This document shows, piece after piece, positions 12,001-27,800 of a DNA stretch of 64,000 nt (its first letter is position 1; each line of letters begins with the position of its first letter). The stretch is from Phoronis australis (lineage: Eukaryota; Animalia; Phoronida). The stretch is taken from the NCBI GenBank assembly GCA_002633005.1, contig NMRA01000095.1, positions 965,622 to 1,029,621 on the forward strand, in the 5' to 3' direction. The translations under genes were made by a program, and so were the position numbers. The notes under the pieces are model-generated. The model was not told where the DNA came from. It saw only the letters and a list, made by a program, of their open reading frames with translations, and did not search any database.

Positions 12001-15000
12001 TGCTTGCGAAAACCTTTCTCAGCCATTTCATTGCAATTATGCTGTGTCTTCGTGAATGGGTCGTAATCGATTGGCTGTGGAAAGGTTGTTGTGAACTTGT
12101 ACTCCATTACCATTCCACAGGATACAGATAACAATTTCCCATTCATCCAGTTCCTACTCTGATTCTTGGTGAATGTTTCGAACATTTCCAGGAAGTTGTT
12201 TTCATCGTCATATTTCAGACAAGTTTTGTTTTGTAGAGTTCTAGGTTGGCAGATTTTTCTCAAACTTCTCATGTGTTAGGTATCCTCAAGTGTTGTCTTG
12301 TCTCTTTCTGGCTACGTTTTTAGGTCTTATTCTATTTTCTGATTGCATTATTTATTGCCCGGAAATTCCTCGCTTTCGTTGGATTTGCCACCGTTGCAAA
12401 CCAAAGTTTGATCGACTGACATGGAATTTACGTACACCATTTGCTCCAGGCAATGCCTTATGGAAATCAATTGCAAGGTAGCGCCGTGACACCCAACTTT
12501 TCAATTTTTACGATATTCTTATGAGCATTTTCTTAACAGAAAGTGGTAAATATTACATATATCCACGTTGATTATTTTGTTACATCTGAGCTAATTCTTC
12601 GACACCTAGCGATAAAAGTACCTTGGAATATAATCAATACAGGAGGATCTTTGACTGTTACAAAACCTATTCCGTTAAAACAGTTTTTTAACCTATTACT
12701 GATGATAAGCGTCTATAACTGTCCTGATTTGGAACACACAAAGCTGTATGCAAGCTTCATCAACATTACCTTTTCCTTGAGGGATGCATCTCCTACAAGA
12801 GACAGCTGCTGAGCTGGAGTTAAACAAAGATATGATGTTGTCTTAGCTGTAACGCCTTGATATTCGGGTTGATCACAATCAAGTTCCATGTTTGGTGGTC
12901 CCTTTTGATGAAAAATTGCGGATGTTATGTAACTATAAAAGCTGATTTATTGTAAAGTACCATGATTTAAGACATCTAATCTAAAATATTTTTGCGTAAG
13001 AATCAACTAATTAAATTTTATGGCCTTATGCATCACAGTGCTTTAGGAGAGTACACTACAACTTGTGGTCACAACCCACTTTTATCATGAAAACAAATTC
13101 ATAACGTAGCTAATAATTTATTAATTTCTTGATTAAATTATATGACATGCTAAAGTAAGAAAATGTTTACCGTGCTGATCAAGTTATTCTAGATGATGAT
13201 TCATTACATATCTTATCATAGTATAATGAGAATTTTTTGTCTCGCAATATGATTCTTACAAAAAGAAAAAGACCAGTATCTATTACTTGCCTAATTTTGA
13301 ACACGTTCAAGAGTAAGTCAAAATAGATAATGCGATACTAGGTCCAGTTTTCAACTTGAAAGTAGGAAGCTCGGTCAATCAACATCAAGTAATTTTGACA
13401 AATTTACAAATGTCTCGGGTGGTCTCGAGTTTGGTGCGGTCAGTAATTGTTTGTTTGATGCATCTTGTTATCACGTGACATGGCTTCTGGGATGATAATG
13501 AATAAGTCCTGTGTGGCATTCTGTTGTCCACAAATTTGATAACGTCCATTGCTTTTTGTCAGACCGAATGCATTTAGAGTATACCAGTATTACTCATGAG
13601 AACTACAGTATGTATAAATACTTGTAGGCAATATTTGATAGCACAGGTTAAAGGTACGTACACTACTAAGAGGTACTTCGGCTACATTTGAATGACATGT
13701 CAGATTTATAACTAAATACTTAGAATCTATTGAGCGATAGTTCTTTTACAAAATCCATTCCAAAAGAATAAATAAAATGCACAACATTCATGTGCATATC
13801 TGTCATTTTTGGAACATGTTTAAATACAGGGATACGTACACTTCACATACAACTGTAAGCTAATGTATTTGTAGTAAACACCCATTTACCAAGAAATATT
13901 TTTAGTTCCATAATACTTTATGACAGCGGGTAGTACATGTACACTATAAAAAGGGTTACGTACACTACATTTTGTTGGCATTTTTTACCCTTTTGCAAAA
14001 ACCTTTGGTTTGTTTTGATATTGAATAATTTGCTGTACTGCCTAGGCTTACATATTCCGCAGAATTTGTTGTTATAGAGTGCTTATTTTACTTTTTAAGC
14101 TTCATTACACTAGATTAAATTAAGAAGCACAAGAATGAGTTCCTGTTGTAGGATGAACCATACCATTTCTCAATAATTAAGCACAACTTCATCTAAGTGA
14201 TTCTGAAAGTGACTTGAGTTATACCTAAGTTACATCAAAGTATTTACTTACTTAATAAAGTGAATTTCTTTTCTATTGTTGCCACGCCACTTAAAAACTG
14301 GAATTTTTAAAATGAGCACTCGTACCGTTAAAATTCTTGAAATTCAGAACCAAAAATGCATTATTTTCTCAAACATAATCCCATTTTGATAAATATTTTT
14401 CATTTTGCACAATTAAATAACCCTTTGCATATGAGACCCATTTCGCATTTGGTGAGTGATCAGAATTTTTCTTTTTTGACCGTAACACGTTCGACTCTAG
14501 AACATGGACCTTGATTGCGATTTACTCGGTTGTGTTGTGTTTGTACATTTTTGTCTCCTATTCATCCGATTGAAAAACGAAAAGCTTCCGGATTTTCCTA
14601 ACGTTTTTTCTCTGAATTGTAGGTCACAGTTTTGGACGAAGACAGTACAACTACAAGAAATCACATGTGTAGCTCAGTTAATGACCCGCACATGATCACA
14701 TTTGACGGCCAGTGAGTATATGCATTGCTATTATTCAGTAGCTATGGAAAAGTGCTCAGTGACCCGTGTCTAGCAATCATGCCTGTTCGTAAGATGGCAC
14801 TCAAAATTTGTCTCCATTTCGCCTCCCAAGCCTGTCAGAACTGAGGAAAAACACTTTGTTTCTTTTTCTTAACAAAACCACGGAATGTGAAACATATGCA
14901 GATACTGGTCATACATGAAGCTTGCCTACTGTCGAAAACTTCAAAGTTCCTTTTCTTTTGCTATTTTGACCACACCTGGCCATGCCAATAAGAGTAAAAA

Positions 15001-15753
15001 TACACAAAATTGGCAGCTTCAGCCCAAAACCTTGACGAAACACTCAGAGATCAATACCTGTCTCGCCGAGAGAAAATCCGTCGAAAACCACGTGCTGTCA
15101 TTGGAAATTCAAGGCAATATCTCGAACAATCTCACGAGAGCTTGCTTTATTAGCATTATGCTAGGGTTACTGATCTCGACCCAACTTGGCGGCCTATTTG
15201 TGCTGCAACTGCAACGGATAACGCTCGAAATCGAATCAAGGTGGTCATAAACGTGATGCAAACACCAGACATCGTGTCCCCAAGGTAGCGAATGATCGGC
15301 GTTTGTTTTGAGCACGACAAACGCCACGCTTCCGCGACCTGATCATGGTCTCATTCCGTAGAGAATGTATCTTGGGAGAAAACCAAGTCCTCGCCAGATC
15401 TCGAGAAATCACTCGAGTGAAAGTCGACTGTCTGGCGGGTATACTCGGGAGCTTGCTACCGTGTTCTCAATATGGCGTCCACTGAGATGATTGGTGGTTG
15501 AAACCGGACTGCGTGGGTTTAAGCCAACTTCAATGCTTACTCTGCAGAGTCTAAAGAACGCGGTGAGAATAAAAACTGAAAAATTTATATTTTACGTCAC
15601 CAATTAGGCACTGCCTTGCTAGACAAAAACAAAATTTCAGTAAATCTGAGAGCATGCTTATTTACAAAAAATCATGCATAAACGAGGTTCTCGTGCCACT
15701 CCATATTCAACGTTTTTAATCACACTTGCATCTCTTCCTATCAATCAACGGTT

Positions 15754-15784
<31 letters not shown>

Positions 15785-15829
15785 ATATGTATATGTACAT
15801 GTAAATGTATATGTATGTATGTATGTATG

Positions 15830-15865
<36 letters not shown>

Positions 15866-18800
15866 ACAGTTTTTTATTTATTGCAGTCGTTATGAAAGTC
15901 ATCTCCACGGAGAATTTGTTCTTTACAGAAATAAAAAATATCCATTTGAGGTGAGTAGTTTTGTTTATGTTTATATGAACTCTGTTGACCACAAAGGTAG
16001 TTTACGTACATACAGTGCATGGCATTTTGGTCTACCAAAGAGAAATAAATGTGATCCGCTTGTTCTCGAACGTCTTCCAATTTAAAATTGCCGACTTCAA
16101 CAATAATTATCTAGCTATCATACCGCCACTGAGTATTGTTGAACAATACAGCCACTTGTTCTTAGGAGGTCGTCCTACGTCATGTATTTTGCTTCCAACT
16201 TGCGTCCACTGTATATAGCCACGAGTATATGCAGCATTACGCCATTTTAAACGTTTTAAACCATACGCACACCTACAACCGGCGGTAAATGTACGGCACG
16301 TATTTTCTTCATGTGAGAGTATAAATATTATATACATCAAGTCATGAGAAAACAAATGTATACACATCCAAGTACTCGAGGTACACATGACGCCATATCC
16401 ATTTGGGCACCGTTGTACATGTATACGCAGACTTGCTCTGCCAAAAGTGCTGTGTGTATCGGTAGTAATCTTATTTCTTCTGATGACAACAGCGCTTACC
16501 CTTTAAAAGCCCAAAATTATCCTTTTGGCACGTGTGCGCTGGGATGGTCTTTTACGGAAATGATTTTTTCCGCGACTTTCAAGAATTATTCGTCTTGGCT
16601 GGATGGCCACCAGCTGTGTGTCAAATTCCAAAAGTAATAAAGTTACGAAATCAACCCGGCAACTGGAATATGGCTATACCTGTAACCACACAAATATAAA
16701 GAGAACAGGATAGAGAAACTAATTCTTTTTAAGGTTACTTAACACCGTATAAAAATTAAGTCGGCCATATTGTTGAGATTGTGTAATATGTTAAGTGTTT
16801 GTGAATAGTCTAACGCCATAATTTTCTCCTTTAATGCATTCAATGGTCAACACTACAAATTGCTTTTCCCAATTAATCTTCAACATTTGCCACTTTACAT
16901 GCAATACAAAATTGTTGCTTGCTTAATTCTTTTTTATATTTGAATATTGTTGTCCCTTGTATTAGGATTGAAGCGTGAAACTCATTTATTCCGCCGTTGT
17001 TATTAAACAGGTTCACGGACTCTTCCAAAAATGTCATGGCTGGCGGGGGTTTGAGAATACGGCTTGTAACTGCGGTGTTGCCGTGAGGTCCGCGACCGAT
17101 GTGTTCGTGGTTGAAAATTGCATGAAGAAAGAGCTCTATCATACAGGTGCAGGTGATCGACTGAAGCGTCGGTTGCGAGTAAGTCAAGAAGGATCTTGCG
17201 ACTCTTATGGTCGAGGTACGAGACTTATTCGAAAAGATGGCGGCAGTACAATGGAGGTGAGTCAGTCATAACATCCCAAACTCAACTCTTATCTTTTGCC
17301 CGTGTGGAAAACTAAAAGACTATAAGCGTTTTCCATCAACTGCAGGGTCGCTATCACATTCCTGAACTCAGATTTTCAAAAACATTTATGTCATCACACT
17401 AGACTTACTACATGTATGTAACAATTAAGTTTTAGCGGCATTAGAAGGACAAATAGCGTTCTAACTTGTGTGCAATCTGCATGTAGGGATAAGCAAACTA
17501 GAAGTGACCAGTTGAGAGACACCATGCCACATTGATGGGTAAACACCGCAAAATCATAACGGGTCCCTCGGGGATAAATCGATACCTGGTCCAATCTATT
17601 CATTGTCGTCACCACTTTTTGTTAGAGTTTGAAGGATAGATGGGAAGCGGGGAAAGAGATGGAAGGAGAGGCTGAACTGCGCAACATTAAACAATTGCGA
17701 GACAGGGAGTATGAATGTGAACGCGGGGCCCCTAATCAAATGCTAGTGCCACAATTATCTCAAAGCAAAATCAAAACAGGTGTAATTTCCACTTTTGAGA
17801 AGGAAAGCAATTGAGCAGAGTTCTACTTGTTAAGGCTAGTGTGTTCATTGCCCAGCTGTTGATGCAATTGGACGATTTCAGAATTTATACAGCACTAATC
17901 AGCCCCTGTGCCAATTATAATATCAACAATTCTACCTTTGTTAAATGAATACATTTTGCACAAATTCTGGTTTTGTAAATTTTGCCACAAAGCACTTTAA
18001 CGAAACCCAAACTGTAAATTCAAGAATAGCTCAAAATCAAGGAATACCTGGCGCCTTTGTTAGTCTCTGCACTTTTAGAGGCCCGTGTTTTTGTGTGCAA
18101 GCTTACGCTTTTAGCAGCACTACGGCACCTACATGTATATTTCTTTGTCATCGCTCACTCACTGGGGTCTCTGTATCCTTGGCCTTGCGCAACTCTTGAC
18201 GGCGTTCTTAAAGTTGACGTTTCCTTCGCGACCAACATGTGGCACTCCTACAGATTTTCGTACCTTCTGACTCGCCATGACTCGAACACGTCTACAGACT
18301 CTTTGCTGTTGAGAACGACTTCTACCCTATTTCAACCTATTGGCAAGATTTTCAGCCCCAGTAAACTCATAGTTTCAAAATGTGTGGCATTAAAATTTTG
18401 ACTTCATCAAAACAATCCTGGTCATTTTTCATCGTTAAAGAATAACCATTGGTGATCATCAGTTTACGGGATCAAAATGTGACACTGCATCGTTCGTTGT
18501 AAAACAGCATCGTCCGATGATCTGGGATTGAGAAATCGGAAAAGTGTTGGAAATAGTAACCTTTATCGAAGTCGAGACGAACGGACAATTGAGAGAACTA
18601 TATTATAAATTAACGCCTTTATCATTTAGCAAGTCGAAGCATTGGGAAGTTGAAACATAAATTACTTTTAGACCTTGATTTAAAGCCTGTTTGAGTTGCC
18701 CGTTTGGTAAGCCTCACAATTACCATGCAAATACCGTAGGTGAACAAGAAATAAACTAGACTCCATATGTTCGTATGAACATTACTGCCCGTATTTCCCC

Positions 18801-21800
18801 TGTGCAAATGGAGCGTAGTAAAGGTATCATCTTTCTCGGAGGGTTTTTGCACAATGGCATTTCAGTTATTTTCAAATTTAGACTATGGCAATTCACCCAG
18901 GCTGTTCACTGCTTTGCCCTTTTGTTTAGAACACGGAAGTACTTATCAGCAAGATTTCCAACACAAACAATGATTAACACAACCCCTGGTATCCGTTTTG
19001 AAATTCATGTAAAATTTTGCTTTAGTGTAAATAGGTACGATTCCTGGTCTTAGAAATACCTGACAGTTCGTCATTTTTTCAAACCCGGGATGATAGGTTT
19101 ACTTAATTTGCAAAGCATGGTCTTGTAAAATGTCACTTGTTTTTCTCGAGGTAGTCAGTAACAAGTTTAAACCAATTCTGTAGGCTCAAACGCTCTGATC
19201 AAACATAAGTTTCATAGCCTGAGCGATGCTATTATATCTGGTAAATGGATATAGATGAATTAAATACACTTGAACCAGATAATCGGTCGACAACTCGTTT
19301 TTATGGATTTGAAGTCCTAATTAAGAAATACTTGAATTCTATATTAAAGAAACTGATTTTGAAAGTTACACTGTTTATAAAATGGATATTTTGGAATAAA
19401 TACAAAAAACGTGATGATACAATATTTTTTTGTTGTCATGCCTGTTCTGCTCCCTACTTCGACAGAATTTTTCGACAATGACTCTAAACCTGTTTTGACA
19501 TTGTACCCCGTGGAGGCTGGAGGCGGTTTGGGCATGCTATACTCCTTTCTAGTTCATTCTACTTGGTTCTATGGAGTTCTCCGAAATGCTTCATTGACTA
19601 CAAAACAATCGACATTACTTATATTTTTAATTTGCAGCTCCATCTCCCGACGGGAACAGTTGTTGAAGTCAAAGGTATCGGAAGGGGATACTTGTCAATA
19701 TACATTGTCCCATCGAAAGCTGATTTTGGAAATACCGAAGGTCTTTGTGGCTCATTTAACAAGATATGCGACGACGATTTTATCCACAACGGGGTCATTT
19801 ATGATGAGAGCCATCCAGAAGAATGTCAAACTGAAGCAAGATACCTGTTAAAAGAAAAACATGTCAAGGATAGTTTTACAGCCTTGTGGAGGTATACATG
19901 TATTAGTTGGTCTATAAACCACACTACGTGGCTCTGGTAACACTCATCAGTTAAGAAAAACATGTCAAGGTCAGCTATACACCTTTATGGAATTGCGTAT
20001 GTGTTAGTCGGTCTAGCAACTACATGTACAATAGGTGGCGCTGGTAATACTCGCCAGTTGAAAAACATGTCACGAACAGTTGGGTAACACTAAAAGTCAA
20101 GACTTCCCGAGATTACGTGAGATATTGCCGTGTATTTTAAGTGAAAACACGTGACTTTGACTAGACTTTAGCGAGGTCCTATCGTCGGTCCTAGCGTTAC
20201 TGAACTAGGTGGGGCTGGTGATACTCAAGAGACTTGCCTGGCAACAAGCTGTCCTGTTGTTGTTCTCTGGCCCTTCAATCTTGCAATTTCGATAATTCTA
20301 ATCCTATTACCAGTGCAATTTACATGGCCACATGTTAAAATTCGCCCATTGGCAGCTACAATTTCTTAAGGCCATTGTTACAAAATGTGTGGAGGGAAGT
20401 TTAACACTATTTAACACATTCAGGACAAAAATGCATGAGCGTGCGTGTGGTGTGCTTGTGTGTATTTTGTGCGTGTGTGTTATTTTAGTCCAGTGTCTGG
20501 TGTTTGAAGGTCACTGAAATATTCCAAGATTCGTCATTGTTACTCTCCTGGCGTTTCTACCTGTTCTCAATTTCAAGCATTGACCGTGAAAACAGTGAAG
20601 GAATTTCCACTTCACTCTTTTCACGGTCATTTTTGCATAATAAATGTAAATCGCATCATAATAATTTGAATACTTCGCGAAAACGAGGGTTACGCAATTG
20701 GTAACGTTAAGCCCAACTGCCCTCCAAGGATGCTGAACCCTGTTTCAGTACTTTGCTTCATCTGCTACTAAATAATATCTACAAACCCTCCAAGATACTG
20801 TATAAGCATTACACTGTTAAAACTTCCTCACTGCGTCTTAAGATGGAAATGTTATTCGAGGTGAGCTGACTGCTGAAGAAAATTCATCTTGTTTCAGTCT
20901 TTTATAAGCCTGAAAACGGTATTACAGTATTCTTTTGTGAGACAGATTTTACAGAGATTGTGCAAATGAGATCTTGTTTGAAAAGGGCTTAGTATTCTTA
21001 AATTATCTTCTTATGTCATGTTGTATTTCCAGGGTAAAGCCGGAAAATAGGTTGTTTGGAGGGAAATTTAATCCTGAAAACACTTTCCAAGCGTTTAGAA
21101 ATCAACAATATTGCACGTGCGATCCAGCAAATACCGGAGGGGATATTGAATGTAGCCCCTTGGAGTACGTCAATCCGTGTGAAAGTTTAGGTGGTGTTGA
21201 CATCACTGACCGCCACGTTAAAAAATGTCGCAGAAAAAGAGAAACTAACTTTCACGACTTCGTCGACGACGAAAATTATGAACTTGACGTCGATCCTACT
21301 TACAAACCCTCGGTACGTAATTCTAGTTGATCTGTGCAATACACTACTTTGTACTACATAATCAGCTTTACAAACCCATTACAACTTTAATTAACCTTTT
21401 TGTTAACAACCGCGTGTTGATTACCGTTTTGGCGGGAACCCCGAGTTCAGAGTCTAACCCGCTTTACTCAAGTTCCGTGTAGTGACTGCCGTCGCCTTGA
21501 CATCAGAGCAATTCTATAGCAGACGTCATTTTACTTGGAAATAGCGGAGTTGCAACGCCGCCATATTGGAAATGGGTCAGAATGTTGCATTGTGGTTAAG
21601 CCGGTAAACAAGTACGTCGGCAAGCGTGGGGGCGAACCGGCCACAGGGAGGTTATACGTGTTGTGTGCCTGGCATGCTATAATACCAGTTAGCGAAATAA
21701 AACATTTAGTTACTACCTGTTTCCCAAGGATCAAGAACTGCGTTAAACATGGGTCAGAGACATCGGTAGAGCTGGTAGCAAAGGCCGACTTCGTGAATTC

Positions 21801-24800
21801 TTTCCGACTTCGTAGCATAAAGTGTGCAGCGCTCATTTTGAGGGCGGCAAGAAAACGTATCTTAGAAACTGCCCAACAATATCTCCCTTCAAAGAAACAG
21901 TAACAAATACTCCACGGCGGTTGGTAGTGAAAAAAAAACCTGTTTTCGCTTGACCAGAACCAAGCCAACATGAGCAATTTTGAGGATAATGCCTCTGCAC
22001 AATTACCTGTTCTGGGTCGACTCACTTAACGTATGCACACTATATGCATTACGCGCTAAGATAAAGCGTGCAGATTATTATTATTTACTTTCAACAAAAT
22101 TGTGGTACATTGCTATCAAAATTCGTTGTTAAATTACGATCATTTTTCATTAAATTTTGTTGAAGTTCCAGGGCGAAATCTTGCCGACAAATGCGTAGCT
22201 GCTGGTCTCGCAATCGTCGATAGGGCTTGAATTCTTAAATAAGAATACAGCTTTGACTCAACAAATTACCTGAAATCCTCCTCAAGTTTTCCAAATAGCG
22301 TCTCTAAGATTTTTAAGTTCTTGTGAAGTCTGGATTAACTGCAGATTAAGTCCAAATCTACGCTAGATTGTAGCACGCAACCCGAGAAAAATCTCTGTGG
22401 GAACACATGTTGTTGTCACGTGACGTTTGTTTTGAAGTTTGTATGCGTGTGTGTGAGAGTAAGCGTGCGTGTGCTTGTCATCAGAGTTCATTTGCCAGAG
22501 TAATGTAATGATCTAGGTGTGCATTGTATCCAAAAAAAAAAAAAGTCAAGCAGTCAAGCAGAGCGTGTTTTAATATTTACGACTTAGCACTTGCTGGCCT
22601 CATCTGCTAAAAACGTTCGAGAATTTTTTCGGTAAGACCGACATGTCACTCATTGAGTCGCCGGGTGAGTGGATGCGTGACCGTAGTGTAACAGCTATTT
22701 CCCGGAAGATTTGGGGTGTAAGGGTGCGAAGTGGGTCATTTTGACCTTAAAAACACCAATTATGATTAGTTAAATAATTTCTCTTAAAAATAATGCAGAA
22801 GCTTTTTACGGTATTGGAAACTTTCGGAAATTAGTGCCAATATTTATTTGCCGATGCTATGTTACCCGATTAATCTTCGATGACAGTCGGTACATTATGC
22901 AGCGCGCGCTTCTTGGTCGCGTGCTAACACTGGTCGAGTTTTTTTTTTTAGTCTTCGATTCACGGTTTTCACATGCACAAAGAAGTTTGAGGCCGGAGAA
23001 GATCTGTACTGGAAAGAAACAATGCAATCCCGCTCTTTGACAAGTACGCTGTGTCTGTTTTCAAAGTCCAGACCCGCGTAGTGGGGCACATCCCTCGCAA
23101 GAGCAGCAAAACTTCTGCGTTCTTTTTGAATCGCGGCGTAAGTTTGAAGTGTATACGGACATAACGGTGAGGCTCGTGGTCCGTTACAAATTCAGGCTGT
23201 CGGATCTTTCAATTGATAAATTGGAGACGTTAGAACTGTAGGTAAGGGCATTTTTCGCATGTAGTTCATGGGCTGGGCGCTTACTTTAGCAAAGTCTGAA
23301 AACGCGTTGGGGCACTTGTTGAGCCATGGGCGCTAATTAGGGCGAATAGCGGCAGAATTACATACAGCAGCGTAGTTTAATGCACACAAATTACACGTCG
23401 TGCAAACCAGTCGGTCATCCCGTTTACCATCAACAATCCCAGTAGCCTTTGCGCACCCTAATTTCCGGACATGCGCAATCGTTAAATCGATTCGGTTGCA
23501 ACTCCGCTATTGAATACTACAATGAGGACGTGCAATAATCCCATGTTTAACAAACCGCACTGTACTGACATTTATACGATGCGAAATTTAAGACGTAGAA
23601 TTTGAAGAAAAACGACATCTTTAATTCAGTAAAACTTATCTACCATTTTCTCTCACTTGAAAATCATCGATGATGTCGCCAGGAATCTTACTCGGACATT
23701 ATATTAGTAACCAGTATTAAACTTATTTAGCAAACGATATTTTCCCGGTGGGAGCTCAGCAAGATAAGATACATATATGCAGTAAGCTAGCCTATTTGCT
23801 TGAAACTTTTATTTAATACATTCGCTTTATTTCTGTTTTGTTCAAATTTCCAATTGGTTTTGAGTAAAACCATTATTTTAACAAAATTGACGGCGATAAT
23901 TCTCCACTCGAGACTTAAGACTAAGGGGATAATGAGTTTGCCATGAAATAATATCTATCTATGTCTGGGTCCATGTATACATGTATGTATACATGGGAGC
24001 GTGTATTAACATTTATTGTGTCGTTTGCATGTTTAGTCATTAAATCGGGTCAAACTTTCATTAGATGCAAAAGTATTACAAGTACTAGTAGCGAAAGCGA
24101 ATCTTCAAAGCAATCTTGCCTTCTCAGCCTGTTAGTTGTCTGTGATGTTCTAAAATGAGTTCTGTTGTGTGTGGTTGTCTGTAACTGATTCCACATAATT
24201 TGGCAAAAATGTGTTGACTAATTTAAGGTAATGTCTTTTCCAACTGCGAGTAACATCACCTATGAGTCTGCGAAGACTTTTTGCGAAAATTACGTGTACA
24301 ACTCATCCGTAGCCAAGACGTGTGGAGAGGTTGCAGAGATAAACTTTTCGGAGAAAGTTGGTAGCTGTGTCGAAGACATTAAGGTAAACATTATTCGGAG
24401 ATGACACTCCGGCTTTGTGATACGATTCTTTTTAATAAGGCTTGGGTCTTTGGAAATGTTTTTAAAGCTGCACTTTATCCCGTTAAGTTGACTAAAAACA
24501 AAACTTGAACATGATCTATTATCTTGATGGCAAGAAATGCTCTTAATTTAGCGTACGATTGCCATGATCGGCAGTCTTCCTCATGTGTCTGTTGCTGACT
24601 GTAACTGGTTACTGATACAGTTCGTGCACAGTCAATGTCTTGATGGTGGGGTTCTCACTGCGTAGTATTATCAGACTCCTAGTTGACATGGTAACCATAA
24701 CTATGTACACGTACGTAAAATGATGTTTTCCTTTATTTAATGCACCAATTATTCCCGTGAACAATGGCATGACGTCTTTGCAACATAGGGCAAAACACAC

Positions 24801-27800
24801 CTGCTGTCATCACATGTAAAAATCTTCTCAGGTGACACTGTCGGAACTCAAAACAATCTAAATTATCTGCCTCAATCATGCGCGCACCCAGCCTTCAATA
24901 TGGGGGGTCTAATTCCCGATGTTGTGGACCTTCTGCTAACAAAAGAGGGGGCGGACTGAAAAAAAAAACTTGAGCACCACTGTGAATTGCAAGTTTGTGC
25001 TTGTTTAATAGGCTTTTGTCCCGTTTTCTCGGACTTTTTGTTTCTCGGAGACGGACCTTTTTGCACACTTCGCAAAATAAGTGGGCTCGTTTGAGCACCC
25101 GGAGCCCTCTAATGGGTACGCTCATGTAAGTCATGATTCAGTAAAGGGAACATTTGTTTCATTCTAACATATTCATAAGTTTTATATCTTCTCATGTGTT
25201 TCTTGTTCTATTGAAATTTGAATCATGCTCCTTCCAAAATGGCGGCTGATAAAAGAAGAAAATAAACATAATTGTGGATGTGCTCTTCTGTCTCATCGAA
25301 AATTTCTGTCGCCTCCCCTTCATCGCAAAGTACTGTTAGCTTGCCACTTGTTTCAACCCCCCACCCCGAGTCCCCGGTTACCCAAAAACTTTGCATTTGG
25401 TTCCGCTCTTGAACACGTGTGGCAATGCCTGAGTGTTACTCTTAACCAGGTTGCATTGTGGGCAGAAGATTATTTCCATCACTCGACACATTGAGAACTC
25501 CGATTATTCCATGACGTCAGACGTCAGACGACTACGATTCGGAAATATGTCGTCTTGCTGGAAAGGTCCGTTATAAATTGGGCACCGAATTTGAGTTTCT
25601 GTCAGTTTTGATTTAGTTATTTAGAAAGTCAAGGGAATTTACGAGTCTGATAGATGTCGCATTGGTGTATCGTATTTACTACTGACGTCAGCGCAGTATA
25701 CAGACAGCAGGGTTACCAAAATGCAGTGCTGTTATTATGCGGACAACATTATAGCCGCTGGGTTGATATCAGTGTGGAATTAATTATAAAGGCACTTATC
25801 ATATTAAAAGATAATTGCAGGCGGTCTGATACACGTTGTACCTGACGTACGCAGGCCGCTTATATGGGCCCAATGCATTAATCACCTGGAACCAGTTTCG
25901 TGCTTTATCTATATATAGCTGAGGAACTAGAAACCGGACTCAAGGGTTTTGCAAGAAAGTGGGAACCTATCACACAAGGCCACACTGCCAGCATTAGTTG
26001 CTAAGTCGTTTGACGTCATTTCTATGAACAATCATGAGCCGATATCGACATAGGTGAATTCTAGTCTCAGGGTAGCGCAGGTTCAACTTTCTTGTTCCAT
26101 GCTAATAGTGTGACCGAATGTTTGTAGTCCTCTACGAAAGGAAATTTTTGGGTTCAGTTTAACCACAATCCAGAATATTCTGAGATTCATCCAATCATTC
26201 TACTAGAATGTTCCCGACAATGGTTCTTGAGAAGGCTGTCACTACAGTTTTCAAAAGAAATACCCAGAAATCTCACGATTACACGGCCACACTTGTACTC
26301 AACGTACACGTATCGTTCCCAACTAAGTCACACAGATAACAAGCTTTGCCTGATGGACACCACACAAGCGAATGAATGAAATAAATAGTATTATCAACGG
26401 TCCAATTTAGTCATTAATTTACCAGACTCTTCAAGAATATTCACAAGTATTCTTTCTGATGAAAGCATTTAGGCGATACACTTGCTTGACCGAAGTGACA
26501 ATAAGTGCCAATTAGTGGTAACAATGCACGTGAAACGCAACTAAAGTTAACTAATATAACTATTGCCTTTGTACATGTAACTTACTCTCTTAGCATAGAC
26601 AAGGTAACCATGTTAACTGTTTATTGCTTAGTCAGTCTGACCACGCCTTTTAAGAAGATTTAAGATATGTTTGAACCTTCAGCTCACAGACTCCATGGAG
26701 TGGGCGACCACTGCGCTGATGACAATCCAAAAAGAATGTATGAACGAGCTTGAACGAAATACAACCATTTGGGAAGTCGACAACTCGACGGCGACAGCCA
26801 ATAAAACAACGGGCTCTGGCAACGCGACCAACAGCAATCTTGCAACTGTGGCTTTTAAACTTCCATCATTCGTAACGAAAGTACTGTGCCCAAATGACTG
26901 CAGCTCCCATGGTAAATGCAACGACGGTGAGTAGCCTAGTGTGACAAACAGATAACAGTAACGTTTTATCGCTTCATTGATGTAGCCTGCAAGAAGGCTT
27001 ACTGTCAAATAGCTTTGGAAAAGTATGTCAGCATCCGAAATCATAACTAATTTATGCACTTATCAACGTAACAATAATCCTTTATAAGAATGGTTATCCT
27101 TTAAGATTTCCTACCAGTTTAAAACTCAAAATATCAAAAGAATCGATGTTTATGGGCAGAAATTGGATTCACAGTGGTGCAACTTTCATGTGGTTAACGA
27201 GTAATGGTTTTTGCTGACAAACGTTACTAACATTAGCCTGTGCTTTAAATAGGTTTGTGCCTTTGTGACGATGGATACATTGGAGGAGACTGCTCAATGG
27301 AGAAAGCAATACCGCCGGAAATCTTCGCCATTCCTCAGAATGGTTTATGTGACGTCAAAAGCCGACCTTGTGAGGCGACCCCAGTGTACGGAGACAAAAT
27401 TGTTGAGTCGGAAAATCTCACTTGCCACATTGATTACTTAGAGGTATGATGTACTGAGTGGTAAGCCCGTTCAAAAGTTTATGATACAAATATGATGTTT
27501 TATTTGACATCCGTACTGCTTTTCATTGTTACACGGATCCTAAGGCTGTGTCAGTACAAATTTATTTAAGGTTTGAATTGAGTATCATGGCTGTTTTATT
27601 AAAATCAGTTATTTTTAGTCTAAAGCAAGCAGATTAGAGGAGGTTCAGCTATTTTGATTGCGCGACCTTTTCTCACATTAATTTTATCTTATCAAGAGAT
27701 ATCATTCCATCACTTGCCATGTGAAATTCATGTTTATCTACTTCATCTTCAAGGTTACATTAAAGGGAGCCATTAACGTCACTGGTGAAAAGGCTTTAAC

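Noticed and set aside
11841-12272. Overlapping ORFs of 96-117 aa in an intron
   Set aside because: No recognisable motif; probably a TE fragment that I cannot assign.
15674-15992. YIYI/CVCI-rich ORFs
   Set aside because: These are translations of the microsatellite.
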